A stretch of 64,000 bases of DNA, taken from positions 40,176,001 through 40,240,000 of the forward strand of contig OZ296653.1 of NCBI GenBank assembly GCA_965655095.1, read 5' to 3'. A program made the position numbers and the translations under genes. This document shows, one piece after another, positions 1 to 13,037 of the stretch. Within the stretch, counting starts at the first letter, position 1, and the number at the start of each line of letters is the position of its first letter. This DNA comes from Haplodiscus bocki. Lineage: Eukaryota. Under the pieces are notes generated by a model. The model searched no databases and had not been told where the DNA came from. It worked only from the letters and a program-made list of their open reading frames with translations.

Positions 1-3000
1 CGTCTAAGATGTTGATTGATTTCATCAAACCCTTGTCAGAGTTTTCCAGGACAGCTTATCTTGTTTTAACTAGTTTCACGATGACCCTGTTTGGTTTACT
101 TTCAAGAGTTTTTCCATAACAAGAATGGTTCCTCAGCCTGTAAAATGACTCTTCGCATTCTGGTGTTCAGGCTGATGTACGACTCCACTTCTCTCGTTTG
201 AACTGAAGGACTCGATGTACTTTAGTAACTTTGAGACCGAGATCCACGCAGAGCTGTAGGTAATGAATGAACCGTGTAAATTTCCAGTGCGAATTAGGTC
301 TGTACAAGTTCTGGCGTGGTAACGAGCTTATTGCCTGCTTGGTCCAATAGGCCCATCTCATACTCGGACAACATACTACGATCAATTTTCTCGTTGGTTG
401 GAGGCAGTGGAAAGTCTTTGCGCATATTGTGAAGGCCATAAGGAAAGACCAAATCGACTTCTAATACGAAGCTAATTTCCAAGTTAATTGCAGTCTTTAG
501 AAATGAGCTAAGTTCACACCAACGATCTCAAAATCATTTAAAAGAAGTGGCAATTTTTGCATAATTCTACCATAAAGATTGTTTGCATCCACGAGGAGAC
601 CATAAGTAGTGGCTTTTGTTTCGTCAAATCTTTCCAGGCATCTGTTGTTCATCGTAGCCAAAGCTTCGAAACAGTGAGGAGACACCTTAATCTGATCAAG
701 TTCTCAGCCATTTCCAAATGACTACGGTCTGTGAGCAATTCCACTCTTGCTTTACAAACTTTTACGAAAGCATCGCCAGAGAGATGAGACCACGTGTGAT
801 AGTGAGCACTATCCAATCCGTAAGTGGAGTAACTTTTCGAAACTGCTCCACCACACATGCAAGTAGCAAAGTGTCCAAACTTAGGTACAGGTCGTGGTAA
901 CTACCGAGATTTTCACACCCAAACTTTTGGAACTTGTGTCGCATGTAGGAAATTCTCTGGAGTAATTGCCACCTGACCATCTTGGAGGGAGTTCGTCCAT
1001 TTTTCTACACTGGGCAAAGAATTTTCCTGAAATTTCTCATAGAACTCGAAATAAGAGTAGGGGTAAAACCCCTTTTGATGGAGTAGTTGCAAATCGTCGG
1101 AACAATGTTAAGGAGAGAGATTATCCAAAAAACTGAAAATCTCTGCAAGTAAACAACCCACAAACTTTTCCAGAGATGAAGCCAAATCTCTATAAGGGTC
1201 GACGAAACGTAAATATTCATAGACAGGTTTTACAAACCCTCCACGGTCGGTGTAAGACGCAACTTTGTTAAGGATCGAAAGCACAATGTATTTTTCATTG
1301 CCTATAGGAATGACTTCAATTTTACTATCTGCTGGGAAAAAGTGTAGATTTTTGTAAAAAAAACGTAAATCATAAATCGAAAGATTATGAGCGAATATCG
1401 GAACGCAGTTTACTGTGCGTCATTTAAGGTTTCATTTACTGTGTGCGAAACCTAAGTACTCTACGCTGCCATGACAGTGATCGAAAACTCTATCGCTTTC
1501 AGCTAAATATCGTGCACAAATCCAGCACTGATCGGAAGGCAACTGGGGTGATCCTGTGTAGTTTCGACGGGTTCATTTCATAAATGTCTTTTGCAAGTCC
1601 GACGAAGCTTTGCATTCAACTAGACGACCTTTCCAATTTGAAAGAGACAGGTTCTGGAGTGTTGTGCTCGATAACAACCAGGCAAAATCCACAAGGTTCA
1701 TGTCTATCTTTTAATCCCGTTTGAGCTTCTATCAGAAGTGTTGGAGCATATAGTTAACGGTTCATTGAGCGACTCAAAATCAAAATGCATGAAAAAAAGT
1801 GCGAACCATCTCGAATGGTAATTTTGGAACTGGAGATCGAATCTTGTTCCGTCTGGTACTTTTATTGTAGCTGCTTCGTTTTGCATGCAAGTCTCAGAAT
1901 GTCTTTCGTAAATTTCACCTGTGAATGAAACAATAAAACAGTTACGACATATTTTGCTCCTCAATCGTGGAATTTGTTGTTCCAAATTGCTGACTAAAAT
2001 ATTCAAATCTTTAATCAAAACATAATGGTAAGCTTGACCTTCGTTAGGAAGAAGAAGGTCTAAGATGAATGATAAGTCCTGTCGTTTTGCTATTGGCAGT
2101 GGAAGGAGATCTTTCTTTTGGTAAAAGACAACATTGAACTAACTTTGTTTATAATTTCAAAGCTTGGAATTTGTTTGAAAGCCATCAGCATTCCGAAATC
2201 GCCAACTGCTGGATGTGTCAATGGATTAGACGGACAATATGTTTCTGGGTATATTTTCATTCTCCAACTGAAATTTTCAGACGGACCCTGAGCATAAGCA
2301 AAATGCCACGCTGCCAGGTAACAATAGAGGAACCAATTGTTATCATCCCGATTCCACATGTTCAACACGCAATTCGTACTCTGAAGCTCACTTGGCAATG
2401 CAAGGTAGGATGAACCTCAAACTGGCATGCAGCAAACTAGTTTCACGTGAAGACCATTGATCTCTTTGGGCATCCACTATTTTCCGTGGGGAATAAAACT
2501 GAACAGATCCGACAACAATTCATCCAGCATAGTGAAAAAAGCCTCCTCTGTGAGTCTCTCACCCCGGCACACTGTTTCCATTTTGGAACTCACGTGAATC
2601 GTGAGATCAATGGCGTCTTCATAAACTAAGGCTGGTTTTTCCGAATTAACTTTTCCTAATGGCTGCATTTTTTTCGGTTCTGCTTGAATATCTTCCTCTA
2701 TAAACTCATCAATAAGTTGCTTTCGGACCACCATGAAGTGTAGGAAATCAAAATCGCCGTTAGCTTCTAAGAAGTACGTCTGCACTGTACCACCGAAAAC
2801 AGATTCCTGAGGTAATTTGCCTTCCGAATTTTGGGTTTGTGTAACTGGACACAACGAATGAAATCTTTGTAAAGGTTCATCGAAAGTTTTTGTTTCAGAA
2901 AAGATGCTATTGCAATAAATGCAGAGTTTCCGTTTTACTGTACAAAGTTTTTCTTCGACCTGTTTTTTCATTACTGCCAAAGAATAACTTTTGAAAGGAC

Positions 3001-3100
3001 ATTCCATGCAGTTTCTCTGCTCAGACTTCGACGTTTCAATGTTACGAATACTGCGGAGATGCCAATATAAGTTTGGCTTGCTAAAAAAGTTTTCCTGCAA
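1..3100 (-). pseudogene. Protein-primed DNA polymerase B (pPolB) with N-terminal C2H2 zinc fingers and an endonuclease VII-like insert; frameshifted, C-terminus runs off the window
   Basis: Motifs in the expected order: C2H2-like CMEC/CIYC (ORF 2477-3100); NRDDNNWFLY; ExoI DFESL; QCWICARYLAESDRVFDHCHGSVEYLGFAH (about 1440-1530); FAHNLSIYDL; YHDLYLSLDTLLLACVVEQFRK; YGLDSAHY; motif A VDANNLYG; LKVTKVHRVLQFK; motif B NHSCYGKTLESK (about 100-130). Confidence 0.92.
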
Positions 3101-5619
3101 AAATCACAGGTTATCATTTTACGCTCCTGAGTTTATTGAACTGGAATTGAAAGCTTGAGGAGGTAATGTTTCCTCTTTTGTTCACGAGCGACTGTTTTGT
3201 TGACTAACTCTGCCGGCTGAAACTAGGTCATCTCATCAAATGCATAACTATTGAAGAAGTTCTAAATGTTTATGATAGTGTCTTCCGTCTGGATGTGAAA
3301 ACAAACACCTCCTATTCTTTTGTTCGTTCAAATATAAAGTGATGGCTTTTGTTCTCTGAAGACAACTTTTGCTAATCTTCAATTCAACTAAGACTAGCTT
3401 CATACGCGGATTTCGTTGAAATTTATTTGATATGAATTTACTGCCATCTGCTTATTGTAAATTATGCCTAAGTGTTTGCGTTATTTTTTGTTTTAGCGGG
3501 AGGACTTAATCCAACTGCTTTTACATTAATAGTCCCCAAACTGGAAAAAAACCAAGGTGAAGATTCTAAAAAACAACCCAACTGGTTCTCAGATAGGGGT
3601 ATCTCTTCACAATCGAAACGGAATAAGACTTCGCGACCACCAACAGGCAATTCAAGATTTCTACGTGCATGAAAAAATGCCTCTGCTAGGTCTACAATTC
3701 CCGAAACTGTTGACAATGTTAGGTGGGACGCAATTGCACTTCAACCGACTGAATGTGTATGGAATTTTTGACGCTCCACTTATCTGATATCTCTTCTCTG
3801 ACAATCGCCAGCGATTCATGAAATCAAGTTTCCTAAAAAGTATAGCCATAGAAGCCACAATAGCTGATGAATAGTTGAATCTCTAGTTTCATTCTATGAA
3901 TAATAAGTGCCTATAATATTGAATTTATAGATTTAGGTTCGTGTAGTATCAAAAGTGTAAACTCACTATAAAAAGAATAATTTTTGAAGGCAGCCGGTTG
4001 TCAATTTGACGATTTATTGAAATTTAACCAGGTACCGAAAAATGAGATATAGAATGATGCCAAAGTGAAAATGGTTTTCGTTTACTTTACATGTAATGTC
4101 TAGACATTGGATAGTTTGTTTTCATGTTTTGCCTACACTCCCAGCTTCAACAGGTTATAAACATGTTTACAAGTCATAAAACGAATAGAGACCTGATGAT
4201 CTCAATTTTTCACAAACAGGGTTTCGTGTAGGCAAAAGATGAAATTTGTTTACAAGTAGTAAAACAAGACCCTGCACGTTCCCATTTTCACAGAGTTCTA
4301 ACCTATCTTTTTCACCATTTTGTTTGCCAAAAAGCATTACTGCTTGTAAAAAAATTAACGGCTCCTTTTCTGCGTCAAAGTTTCAGCCCTAAACATCAAG
4401 CATCATCTATCTGGTTTTATTTCATCAGTTTCTATCATTCAACTTCTTACGTTCCCTAGAAAACAGTTTACTGTTCCAATTTGCTCAAGTGCTCAAATAA
4501 TGAATCGTCCATTCTCTGCCACAATTGACAAAGATTTCGGAAATAGCTAAATCGATATTTCGAAAAATGAGAGGCGTCTAATACGAGTTACAACCAAACT
4601 TATCGCAAAACGCGGACCCCCTTGTTTCTGAAACTTTTCAAAAAAGGAGTTGATGATGAGTATTATCTGGATCAACGACTGACACTCAAAGCTTCTGAGA
4701 TTCATCAGTTGACTAACAATGAAGAGAATGTTGGATTGCAACCAGGACCCGGAGAAGAGGATTTAATGCTAACTATCAAGCGAGAGATGTCATGTAAGAA
4801 ACAAACTTGCCAGATCGCGAACTTCTGGAACTAACTCTGTATAATACTTAATGTTGGCTTATTTGCTTCTGAACATGCATCTTCTTTAATCAATTCACTC
4901 TTTTATCCCAAGAACGTTCTCTTTTTGAAACTGTAAGTATATTTTGGGAATGTTACCAATTGTCAAAAAATTTTTTCCTAATTTCTGAAAACGGTTCAGG
5001 CTATGTACGAACAAAACCCCGATGTTTTTATGAGGTTTCGGAAAATTTTTCCGCATCATATTTGTTTTGAAGAACAGTGTAAAGGGAAAGCTTTTGGAAA
5101 CGACTTTGTTTTACTTTTGGTTTACACTGAAGAAAGCGAAAACTGTGACATTAAGCAAAAACATTATCATCTTCAGGAATCAAGCTCCAGACTTCAACAG
5201 CGAGGAAAGGGGTACGCCGTGCCAAGTTTATATTCAACTTTCTAGCCTCTGATACAAACTAGTTATTTATATTTGTACGGTGAAATATTTGGAAAACTTA
5301 ATCGAGCAGTGACATATAACAGGAATCTGGACAATTACCCGTTTTTCAAAAACACAAAACGAATACGCAAACGAGCCCCCGTGGTGACAAACATATATCA
5401 AAGATCAGAGAAAACTTGTCTCCAGTTTTCCTCAGTAGATTAAACCTGATACTTGATCGTCAACAGGCAGCCTTATTTTAAAGGATGCTTGATATTTTCA
5501 TTTCTCGCTTTGGTACTATAAACAATGAAATTCTAGCTTTTCATTTTGATTCATCTTGTCTTCAGAAAAAAAATGAAAACTTGTTAACGTGAGCGACGAT
5601 AAGTATAAAGTTCATAAAT

Positions 5620-6010
5620 ATATTACAAATCTTAATTGGCGTTCATCATCGATTAGCGGTATTACAGGGTAGTAAACCCTGAGAACAATGAGCAATCTAT
5701 AAGCAATAAAGTCCACAAAAGTTCGATGTAGGCGGCTGAAGAGGTTTTGAATTAATTCCTCACAACTGAAATCTGCATAGGTTAGGCGTTTGTTCACTTC
5801 CTTCTAGGCATCCAGACGTGAGCCCAATGCGTCCCCCAAAAAAACACTCTGTCTTTGTTAGATATTATGAGCCAATGCTTCCCTTCCGCATCCGAAATTT
5901 TGGAGTTCACAATAACGAAAGTGTTCTCGTTGTGGTATAGGAAATGTATCTGCAGAGAATACCCTCACGAATCTAAGTCTCAGGTTATAATACTTCGTAT
6001 TCTGTAGTAA
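5620..6010 (-). pseudogene. Adenain-like (C5) cysteine maturation protease of the Polinton
   Basis: Hand translation, absent from the ORF track: VRVFSADTFP, then after a frameshift ENTFVIVNSKISDAEGKHWLIISNKDRVFF. This matches the Polinton/adenoviral GVF.AD..P...IVN......G.HW catalytic His motif. Boundaries are approximate. Confidence 0.82.
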
Positions 6011-6069
6011 AAAATCGGTACTATCCATCAACGCTTGGTTCCCATCCTTGTGTTCGAGAAGATAATCCT

Positions 6070-7290
6070 GGAAACCTTCCGAGAAGAGTCAATGTAAATA
6101 GTAGAAGACCGTTCACCAAGGAAAAACACTTCTTCAGTGTTTGTTAGTTGTGCTGAAACCTTAGGCTAATAGGATTGGATCCGTTTGTTACCACTCGGTA
6201 AAGATAATCATGGGATGCTGTTATGTGTTGGTTAGGTCCAACATTAAAATAGAGTGATTAGTGTAGTCGTTATAAAGAACTCCAAGACCATGTTGACCAA
6301 AAACTAGAGCTTCGAGCGAATTAGGGTAGATTTCCTTGTCATTCTCTGTTACGAGAGGAGTTCCGGCAACAGGATAAACATTACGATAAACTGTAATGCT
6401 GTTCCGATTGAATTCCTGGAAATCCAAAGGATTTACGTGTTTGGCTCCCAGAAAAGCTTCGTTTGTTGTCATAGCTACTGAAAACCTTCGAATGGGCTCC
6501 ATGGTGGAAAAATCTTCCTGATTGGCACTCTGCATCTCTGTAGAAATGAGAAAAGTTTTACGTATGATCTTAGGATAAGGGTAAAGAGCAGTTTTGGTTA
6601 AGGCAGTCTCAATAGCTGAGTAAACATTGTCACACAGTCATTTTCCGAACCTATAAATCGGCTTGCATAATTTCGATTTCATAATCTTCGGTGTCATCAT
6701 CGTAAATTAGTGCGTTTTCAGGTCAGTTTTCGGCCACCGAAACTATCAGTGTAACTCCACTTATCAGGTGTTTATCATATGAGAAACAAAAAGCGACCCA
6801 ATTCTTTCAAGTAAAGACCTCTGCGGACTCCCGCGTTTCAGCTGACCTTGTATTGAAAACTGTTTCAGCAAAGTCATCAAGTTTCTCTTCATAGAGATAT
6901 CCCTGACATTTCAACCAAGTATCTGTTGCTTCCTGGTTGGGTAAAAATTGTGTTTCAATGAAAGCCTTCTGAGCGTAATTGCCATCAGCAGAAATTTTGA
7001 TGTCATACCCAAAAATACTACACTCAGAGGGAAAATATTGTATCAACAAAGAAAGGTAAATCAGTTGCCGCAGCGTTAGCTGTCGCCATTAGGTCTGCGA
7101 ATCCTAGATTGCACCTCGAGATAAATGTTATGTAAATCGATGAAGTAGCTTCATCTCTAACCACTTCCAACTCCAGTGTGGGTCCATTTGGAGCAAATAC
7201 TGGACCAACTTTTTGCTCGAATGAGGTATTGAAGGTAATCAAAAGAGGGGGACGTTCAAAAATATCCGATTATTTGCGTGATGCTTCAAC
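6070..7290 (-). pseudogene. Polinton major capsid protein (double jelly-roll, hexon-like)
   Basis: Fragments GPTLELEV, NYAQKAFIETQF, FLGAKHVNPLDFQEFNRNSITVYRN..P..GTPL, MLDLT and C-terminal FLGERSSTIYIDSSRKV. It lies between the protease and the core/penton ORFs. Confidence 0.85.
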
Positions 7291-7540
7291 AGGCAAAACC
7301 TTTGGTAACATTTTTTACTCATGAAAAGAAATTTGACAGACTTCTCTGTAGCTTTCTTTCGTCGACTGTTTCTTTTTACAGGTTTGCTCTTTTTGACTGA
7401 TGCACTATCTCCGATTTGCTTTCTCACTGTTCTTTTGACAGCTGATTTCGCAGCTTATTGTGAGATTTTTGTGGCAACATTCATCACTCTGGTAAACTTT
7501 GAACAAACAGTTACTACCCTATTAAATATAGTCCTAATAT
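7239..7540 (-). pseudogene. Small K/R-rich ORF, putative genome-condensing core protein
   Basis: VKKSKPVKRNSRRKKATEKS, located between the minor and major capsid genes. The function is inferred from composition and position only. Confidence 0.45.
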
Positions 7541-7544
7541 AAAA

Positions 7545-8410
7545 GGACTTAGATCTTGCCAAATTTCACTGTTATCGCAACACTACCGGTTCCAACAAAT
7601 GGGACGTAGTCTCCAAACACTGCAACTACTTCAATAAATAATTCCCGGATAGTGTCCAAAATTAGCTTTCTAAACTGCAATTCTAGGAACGATTTATGTT
7701 TCGTGGCAGACGTGATTTGTAGGTTACTCTTTGCTAGTCGTCTTTCTGTATCAATGACACGGAGAACAGGTGTTTTAGCTCCAGATATGTGCTGGTATTC
7801 GTTGATATCGCAGCTAACTAAGAAAATGTTGGTTTTTGCTGCAATATCTGCCGGTTAATCACCCATGATTGTTCGTGTTCGCTTCTTCACTTTATCGTTG
7901 TTACCAATAAAATACCCACCTCGGTGGGGATCCGGCATTCCCTTGAATCCTACCAAAACGAATAGACTTACGTCGTGAAGACTTATTCCATAACCATCTG
8001 CAAAGTTGAACTCTACAGAGTCTTCTTCAGTGCTAGAAGTAACAATAGGTTTCGTACTTTTAGCAACCGCAACATGAAAACAAGTGACAACATCAATGAG
8101 AGTTTTGTATTCACCATCACAAAAAATTCCAATGTTTGACCAATCTTCACGTTCCACCATTACACCTCCTCAGCTTGTATTGCCAGTTCATGGTGAATTA
8201 TTGAAAGGAGTTTTCGGTGTGTATACGATGTACTCTTTGGTAGTAACATTCTTGATACTTATTGGGAAAAGTATTTTTCCAAAGCCACTCTCCAATCTCC
8301 TTCTAGTTGTAAAGGTTCTGCGAGCACGTTGTGAACGCATGCCATTGTATTTGGTCGATAAGTTTCTATCGAACCAGTTGACTCTAAATATATGTCAAAC
8401 TAATCCATTT
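7545..8410 (-). pseudogene. Polinton minor capsid protein (penton-like single jelly-roll)
   Basis: CDINEYQHISGAKTPVLRVID (about 7755-7815) matches the typical YCDI...Q.VG....PLLR.V motif. It is preceded by G.Y...D..., LFVLVGF and followed by YVPF..G. Confidence 0.75.
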
Positions 8411-9344
8411 CTACCAAGTTTTTGTCAACTCTGACTCGTGAAACTTCCATTGAAGGTCTTCTCCTTTAGAGTCAACCAGCAAATAAGTGGGTGGATTAAA
8501 TGTTGCAGCTTTGGTATTCTGGAAGACTTCGTCAGTGAAGCGTTGTTTGTACCCTTTTTCAAGCGGTACATTTTCCCACGCTACTCGAACTTTGTCACCT
8601 GGTTTCAAGTCTGGTTTTCTGACCAGTTTACTCGGCAGTTAAACTATCTAGAAACCAAGTTTGTTACATTCTTCGCCGAAACCTGGTTGGGTGCCAATCC
8701 TGTTACGCTATCGAGAGTTGATTGCGTCAACGAAAGGCTGGAATTCGTTTATGTAGCGATAAAACCAATTGTTCTACGTTTGTTGAAAATGATTTGCGAA
8801 TATTGCGTTCTGCAAATGCCCCTTTCGCTTCACTATGCGTGGTGTAAGTGTCAATGCCTTTGCTTCCACAGAATATTTTGAAAGCTCCCTTGAACTCGGT
8901 TCTTCATCAGACCATAATTTCAATGGTTTAGTTTTGGTGATCATGCGACCATAAGTTTTAGCACTCTCCTCCGCACCTTTAGTTCGCATTGGCTGAACTC
9001 TTGAGTTTTAGTGACAGTAAATCAACAGCAACAACATAGCATTTACCACAAATGCTGTATTCGGCATGTTTGTCTACAGAAGCTGTATCACTAGACCAGA
9101 CCTCTTTGATATCATAAGCCATAACTTTCACACGGGGAACACGTCTGCTGTATTGTCTGTACTTCGTATGTGAATTTTTACTCTGTAGGAAAGTTTCAAA
9201 TTGCACCGGGGACAGAAAACTGGCATTTTGCAGATTAGAAACCCTTCCATACGCTGCCGGTCCTTTCTTATATAACTTATCCAGTTTTAGTTTCTCAGAA
9301 TCTTGAGAGTTTACCACACTCGCGTAAAACAGAGTTCTGCTCAA
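8411..9344 (-). pseudogene. Retroviral-type (rve/DDE) integrase of the Polinton
   Basis: KLYKKGPAAYG..SNL; WSSD; YVVAVDLLS; KPLKLWSD; C-terminal KPGDKVRVA..NVPLEKGYKQRFTDEVF...PPTYLLVDSKGEDLQWKFHESEL, a hallmark of Polinton integrases. Split over at least three frames. Confidence 0.92.
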
Positions 9345-10149
9345 AAATTTTCTACAAACTGCTGATCATGCAGTCGGTGTTTCTTAGATGCTTTCCCTGG
9401 CGTTTTGATTTCAAGTCTCACTATTGTTTTGCTTCCAGTAGGTTTGAGTATTTACTTTGCGTCGAAGTTAGCGACAAAGCTCGGGGAAAAATTGGTCCTC
9501 TCTAAAAATCAGTTTGCAGTCAGGGTCATTCAGTCCTTTCTTTGTTTGCCGTAAGATGTAAAGGAAATCGGTAGCCTCAATCGTGGTTACGCGAGCATCT
9601 ACTGTGAGAAATCCATCTCCGTTCACTCCTACATCCGAGGCTTCGTAAATTTTTCAAGATTGCTTCTGCTTTCTCGAGCTTGTGCGGGCTACAATATTGA
9701 TAGTGATTTCGAAAACCTTTTCTCCACAATATCCGGCTGTTTTTCTACCACATGGGATAGATTTAAATTTTCCTACCACAGGTTTTTGTCTCTGTAGCAA
9801 CGTCAGTTATTTGGCCTTCTCAGTGATTGATGGATCGAACAAAACCTCGAATGATTTCGGTTGCTCTTCAACAAACTTTTTAGGAATTAAAAAAATTCTC
9901 ATGAGCTCATTTTGGAAGATAATAGTAAATTGGACAACTGATCTCCTGCATGAATTTGACTCCTTTGTTGGAGGTGAGATATCGTCTTTTTTTGTCACAT
10001 TGCATAATACTTCCAACTCCATTTCATAGGTGAGTAAGCGATCGCTATTGAATGGAATAATTCTGTTAACTATACTCAGGGTACATTTACAGAGATATTG
10101 CACTTCATCTGCGCTACAGCTACATTCTTTCTTTTGAATGCTTGAGTAG

Positions 10150-10810
10150 ATGCGCGTCTTTCTTTCATTTGTCAAAGCGGTCGCTTTCGCAAGAGAAGAA
10201 GCTAGATTAAAAAATGTAGGAACTGTTCCGGTGATATTGGAACAGAACCGCAACGATTCACTTTTCTGCGGATAGAAATCAACCAGAAAATGACCATATG
10301 AGGACAAACTAGCTTTTTGAACACTGCGACTTGCTTAAGTGTCTACCAAAGTGATCAATATGCTGAACGTCATGCGGAGACTTGAATAAGACAACGTGTG
10401 TTGTCTTGCGGTCAATTGTACGCGACAATATGCTTTGATGACAGAAAATATGTTTGACAAAAATGCAGTGAACCTTTTCATGTCTTCCAGCAAAGGCGAT
10501 CTCAAAAAATTCCTTTCCCTGGTAATTTTCTTCGCAGGAATGATGAAAAACCAGTAAACAGTTTTGAAGCTGCTTAATCAATTCGAAATCGAGACATGGG
10601 ATGAACTCTACGTTGTTTTTCAGCCATTTTATTGAATAATGGCTGCTACTCCTTGCAAAGTTGTAGGTTTTTTGAAGGTTGTGATAAAAAGTTGTAGCTG
10701 ATGCTAACAAGGCAATTATAGGTCGCGTCTCTTGCCTAAGCTTCCAGGACTCACGAGACGTATAAAGCCTATCGTTAGTGAAGATAATTTTGTTCACAGA
10801 TGTGGGCTGG
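10150..10810 (-). pseudogene. A32-like (FtsK/HerA superfamily) genome-packaging ATPase
   Basis: Frameshifted Walker A remnant VSPGSLGK (about 10735-10760); decayed Walker B LLVFHH; AGRHEKVHCIFVKH; SRTI....THVVLFKSPHDVQHI; YGHFLVDF.P...ESLRFCSNI. Confidence 0.88.
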
Positions 10811-13037
10811 GAAGTATATAACCAACCGCAGCTGACAAGAGAGACACCCATACTGGCATTTCTTCACAGGGTACTTCAAAGAAAATTAGTTCTGCTAGAC
10901 TGCTAATGATGAATATCAGAAGAATTACAGCTTGGAAAAAAGCTTGGTCAGATCTGGATAACGTTGTTAAGCTACAAAACTTGCTTTTCCATCTCCAGGT
11001 ATAAATACTTTAGGCTAAAAAAATTCATTTGAGAGTTGTAGGTATTTTATATGCAAAGACAGAAATATTAGAATCATCACAGTGTTTCAGAGTTACTCTA
11101 TTGCTTATTCCGGTTTCAATGCATGTACCGGAAAACGGCAATTTCGACATTGTCATCTCTGTCTTGTAGCTCGTTGAATAATCGCTCGGGCAAGAGGGGA
11201 TTCTCTTTACCAGATAGAGTTGTAGGTTTAGGGGGTGGTGGACGGCTTGATGTTGTTGTCTTTATCAGCTGCTTCAATCGGGCATTTGACATGAATTCCG
11301 ATGAAGTTCAGAAAAGAGTGAATGGAATCGGTACTCGACTTAGGCTGAAGGAATTCAGCATAGCCAAAAAAGACGACTGCCTTCCGAGAAAATTTATGTA
11401 ATCCAACTTGTCGGTATTCTTCTTTCACGAGTTCAATTGTAATAATTCTAGTTGATTCCAACATTCTTGATATTGGCTTGGTTGGTTGTTCATACTGATA
11501 TGGTTAAACTCCGTGACACGGAGAGGAAAAAGTTTTTGATTTTCTGGGTTCGGGCAGCTGTAGACAAGCGTTTTGCTGACATTGACTTAGCCAGAGATGA
11601 AAACAATTTTGATTTCTCCCGTGAGTAATGATGTCGTGGGAAAAATGCTGAGTGATTGAGACAATTGGGACTGCAGTTCTGCGGGAATTCGGAGGCTTTC
11701 GGACAGTTAAGGTGATCCAAATGAATGACCCGGGTGAAGAAGTTTCGTAGAAACAAACATTTTTCGTTACCTTCGGCGTAGACGATGTTTGGGAAGCGGA
11801 CTTTTAAGCCTAGAAAGAAACAGTAGAAAAAAGAATAATCGTAAATTCCAAAGTCCCAGTTCAGACCGTGTATAATATTTGTAATCCAAGTATAGCTTTT
11901 CTGTGCCCTGACAGAAACTAGATGGATGGCATAAGGTGGCTTCAGAAGATTTGTATCGTTATATTCAAAACCCCGGACAGAAAAATCTTTAATAAAGGTT
12001 GATTTAAGAAACGAAAGCCTTCGAAATCAATAGCAACTGTTTGAGGAGTTAGCATAACAAAAAAGTGAAGTTTTTGGTGTAGTATTCTGGTTGAAAACGC
12101 TAAATAAAATAAATTGACCGTTGATTGCTCTAACAGCTTATCCGGAGGACTTCAGTGTAATTGGCTGTTAACTTTGCTACGGCTTGCAAGAAACAGAATA
12201 GTCAATAGGTTTTATACCCTTTGAACAACAAATCAGAATTCACCGATAGAACTGGTGGACATCCCTTCTTTAATATTTCAATATCGACCAATGGGTAAAG
12301 TTGATTGCAGAAGCCAATAAAAAAGTTTCTTCCACGTTCCGAAGCGAATTCTGTTGTCCTCATTACAGTTTGCAAATCTCTGAGATCCCTCAAATTAATG
12401 TCCGAATGTTATATCTGCACTTCCCCAACTTATTTTTATAGCAAACTAACAAGGAAATCCAAAATTGGTTTATTGTTATCGACACATTATAGTGTTCTGC
12501 GACAGTTCACGCAAATTTTACTTGATTAAAAAAATGGTTCTGAAATTGGTCTAAAGGGATGTGTTTACTACATATACTTCACCTTCGAACTTCATATAAG
12601 TATGGTTCAATTCTTTCTCCTTGATGATGTGCCAAATAAACTGAAACCAAAGTTGCTAACAGAGCGAGCGTTAATCACTATCTTGAAAAGCAGCTGTTTG
12701 CAATCCATTGTCGATTTAATCATTAAATACTTGCAACTATGCGGTACTAAGAAACAGATTTCACTCTTTGTTGAGACTTTCCCTACTGCTAGTCCATTTC
12801 GAAGGATAAACTATTGGTGGCTTTCAGAATCGAGCCCTGAACCTTCAGAACTATAGCAGCTGTTTGTACCATGTGAGCTATTTGTGCATTATCGTGAACG
12901 TAGTGATGTGATATATATTCAAAAGATAACCAGTATATTGAGAAGATAACACCCTATGGAGGACTAAAAACAGTATCAACCGTCTTCTTAGATTTTATCG
13001 CTATTGTTTCCATAACTCCCATATTTTTCACCAATGA

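Noticed and set aside
8084-8881. Plus-strand ORFs of 116 and 147 aa inside the Polinton
   Set aside because: They are antisense to the penton and integrase remnants and are explained as shadow frames.
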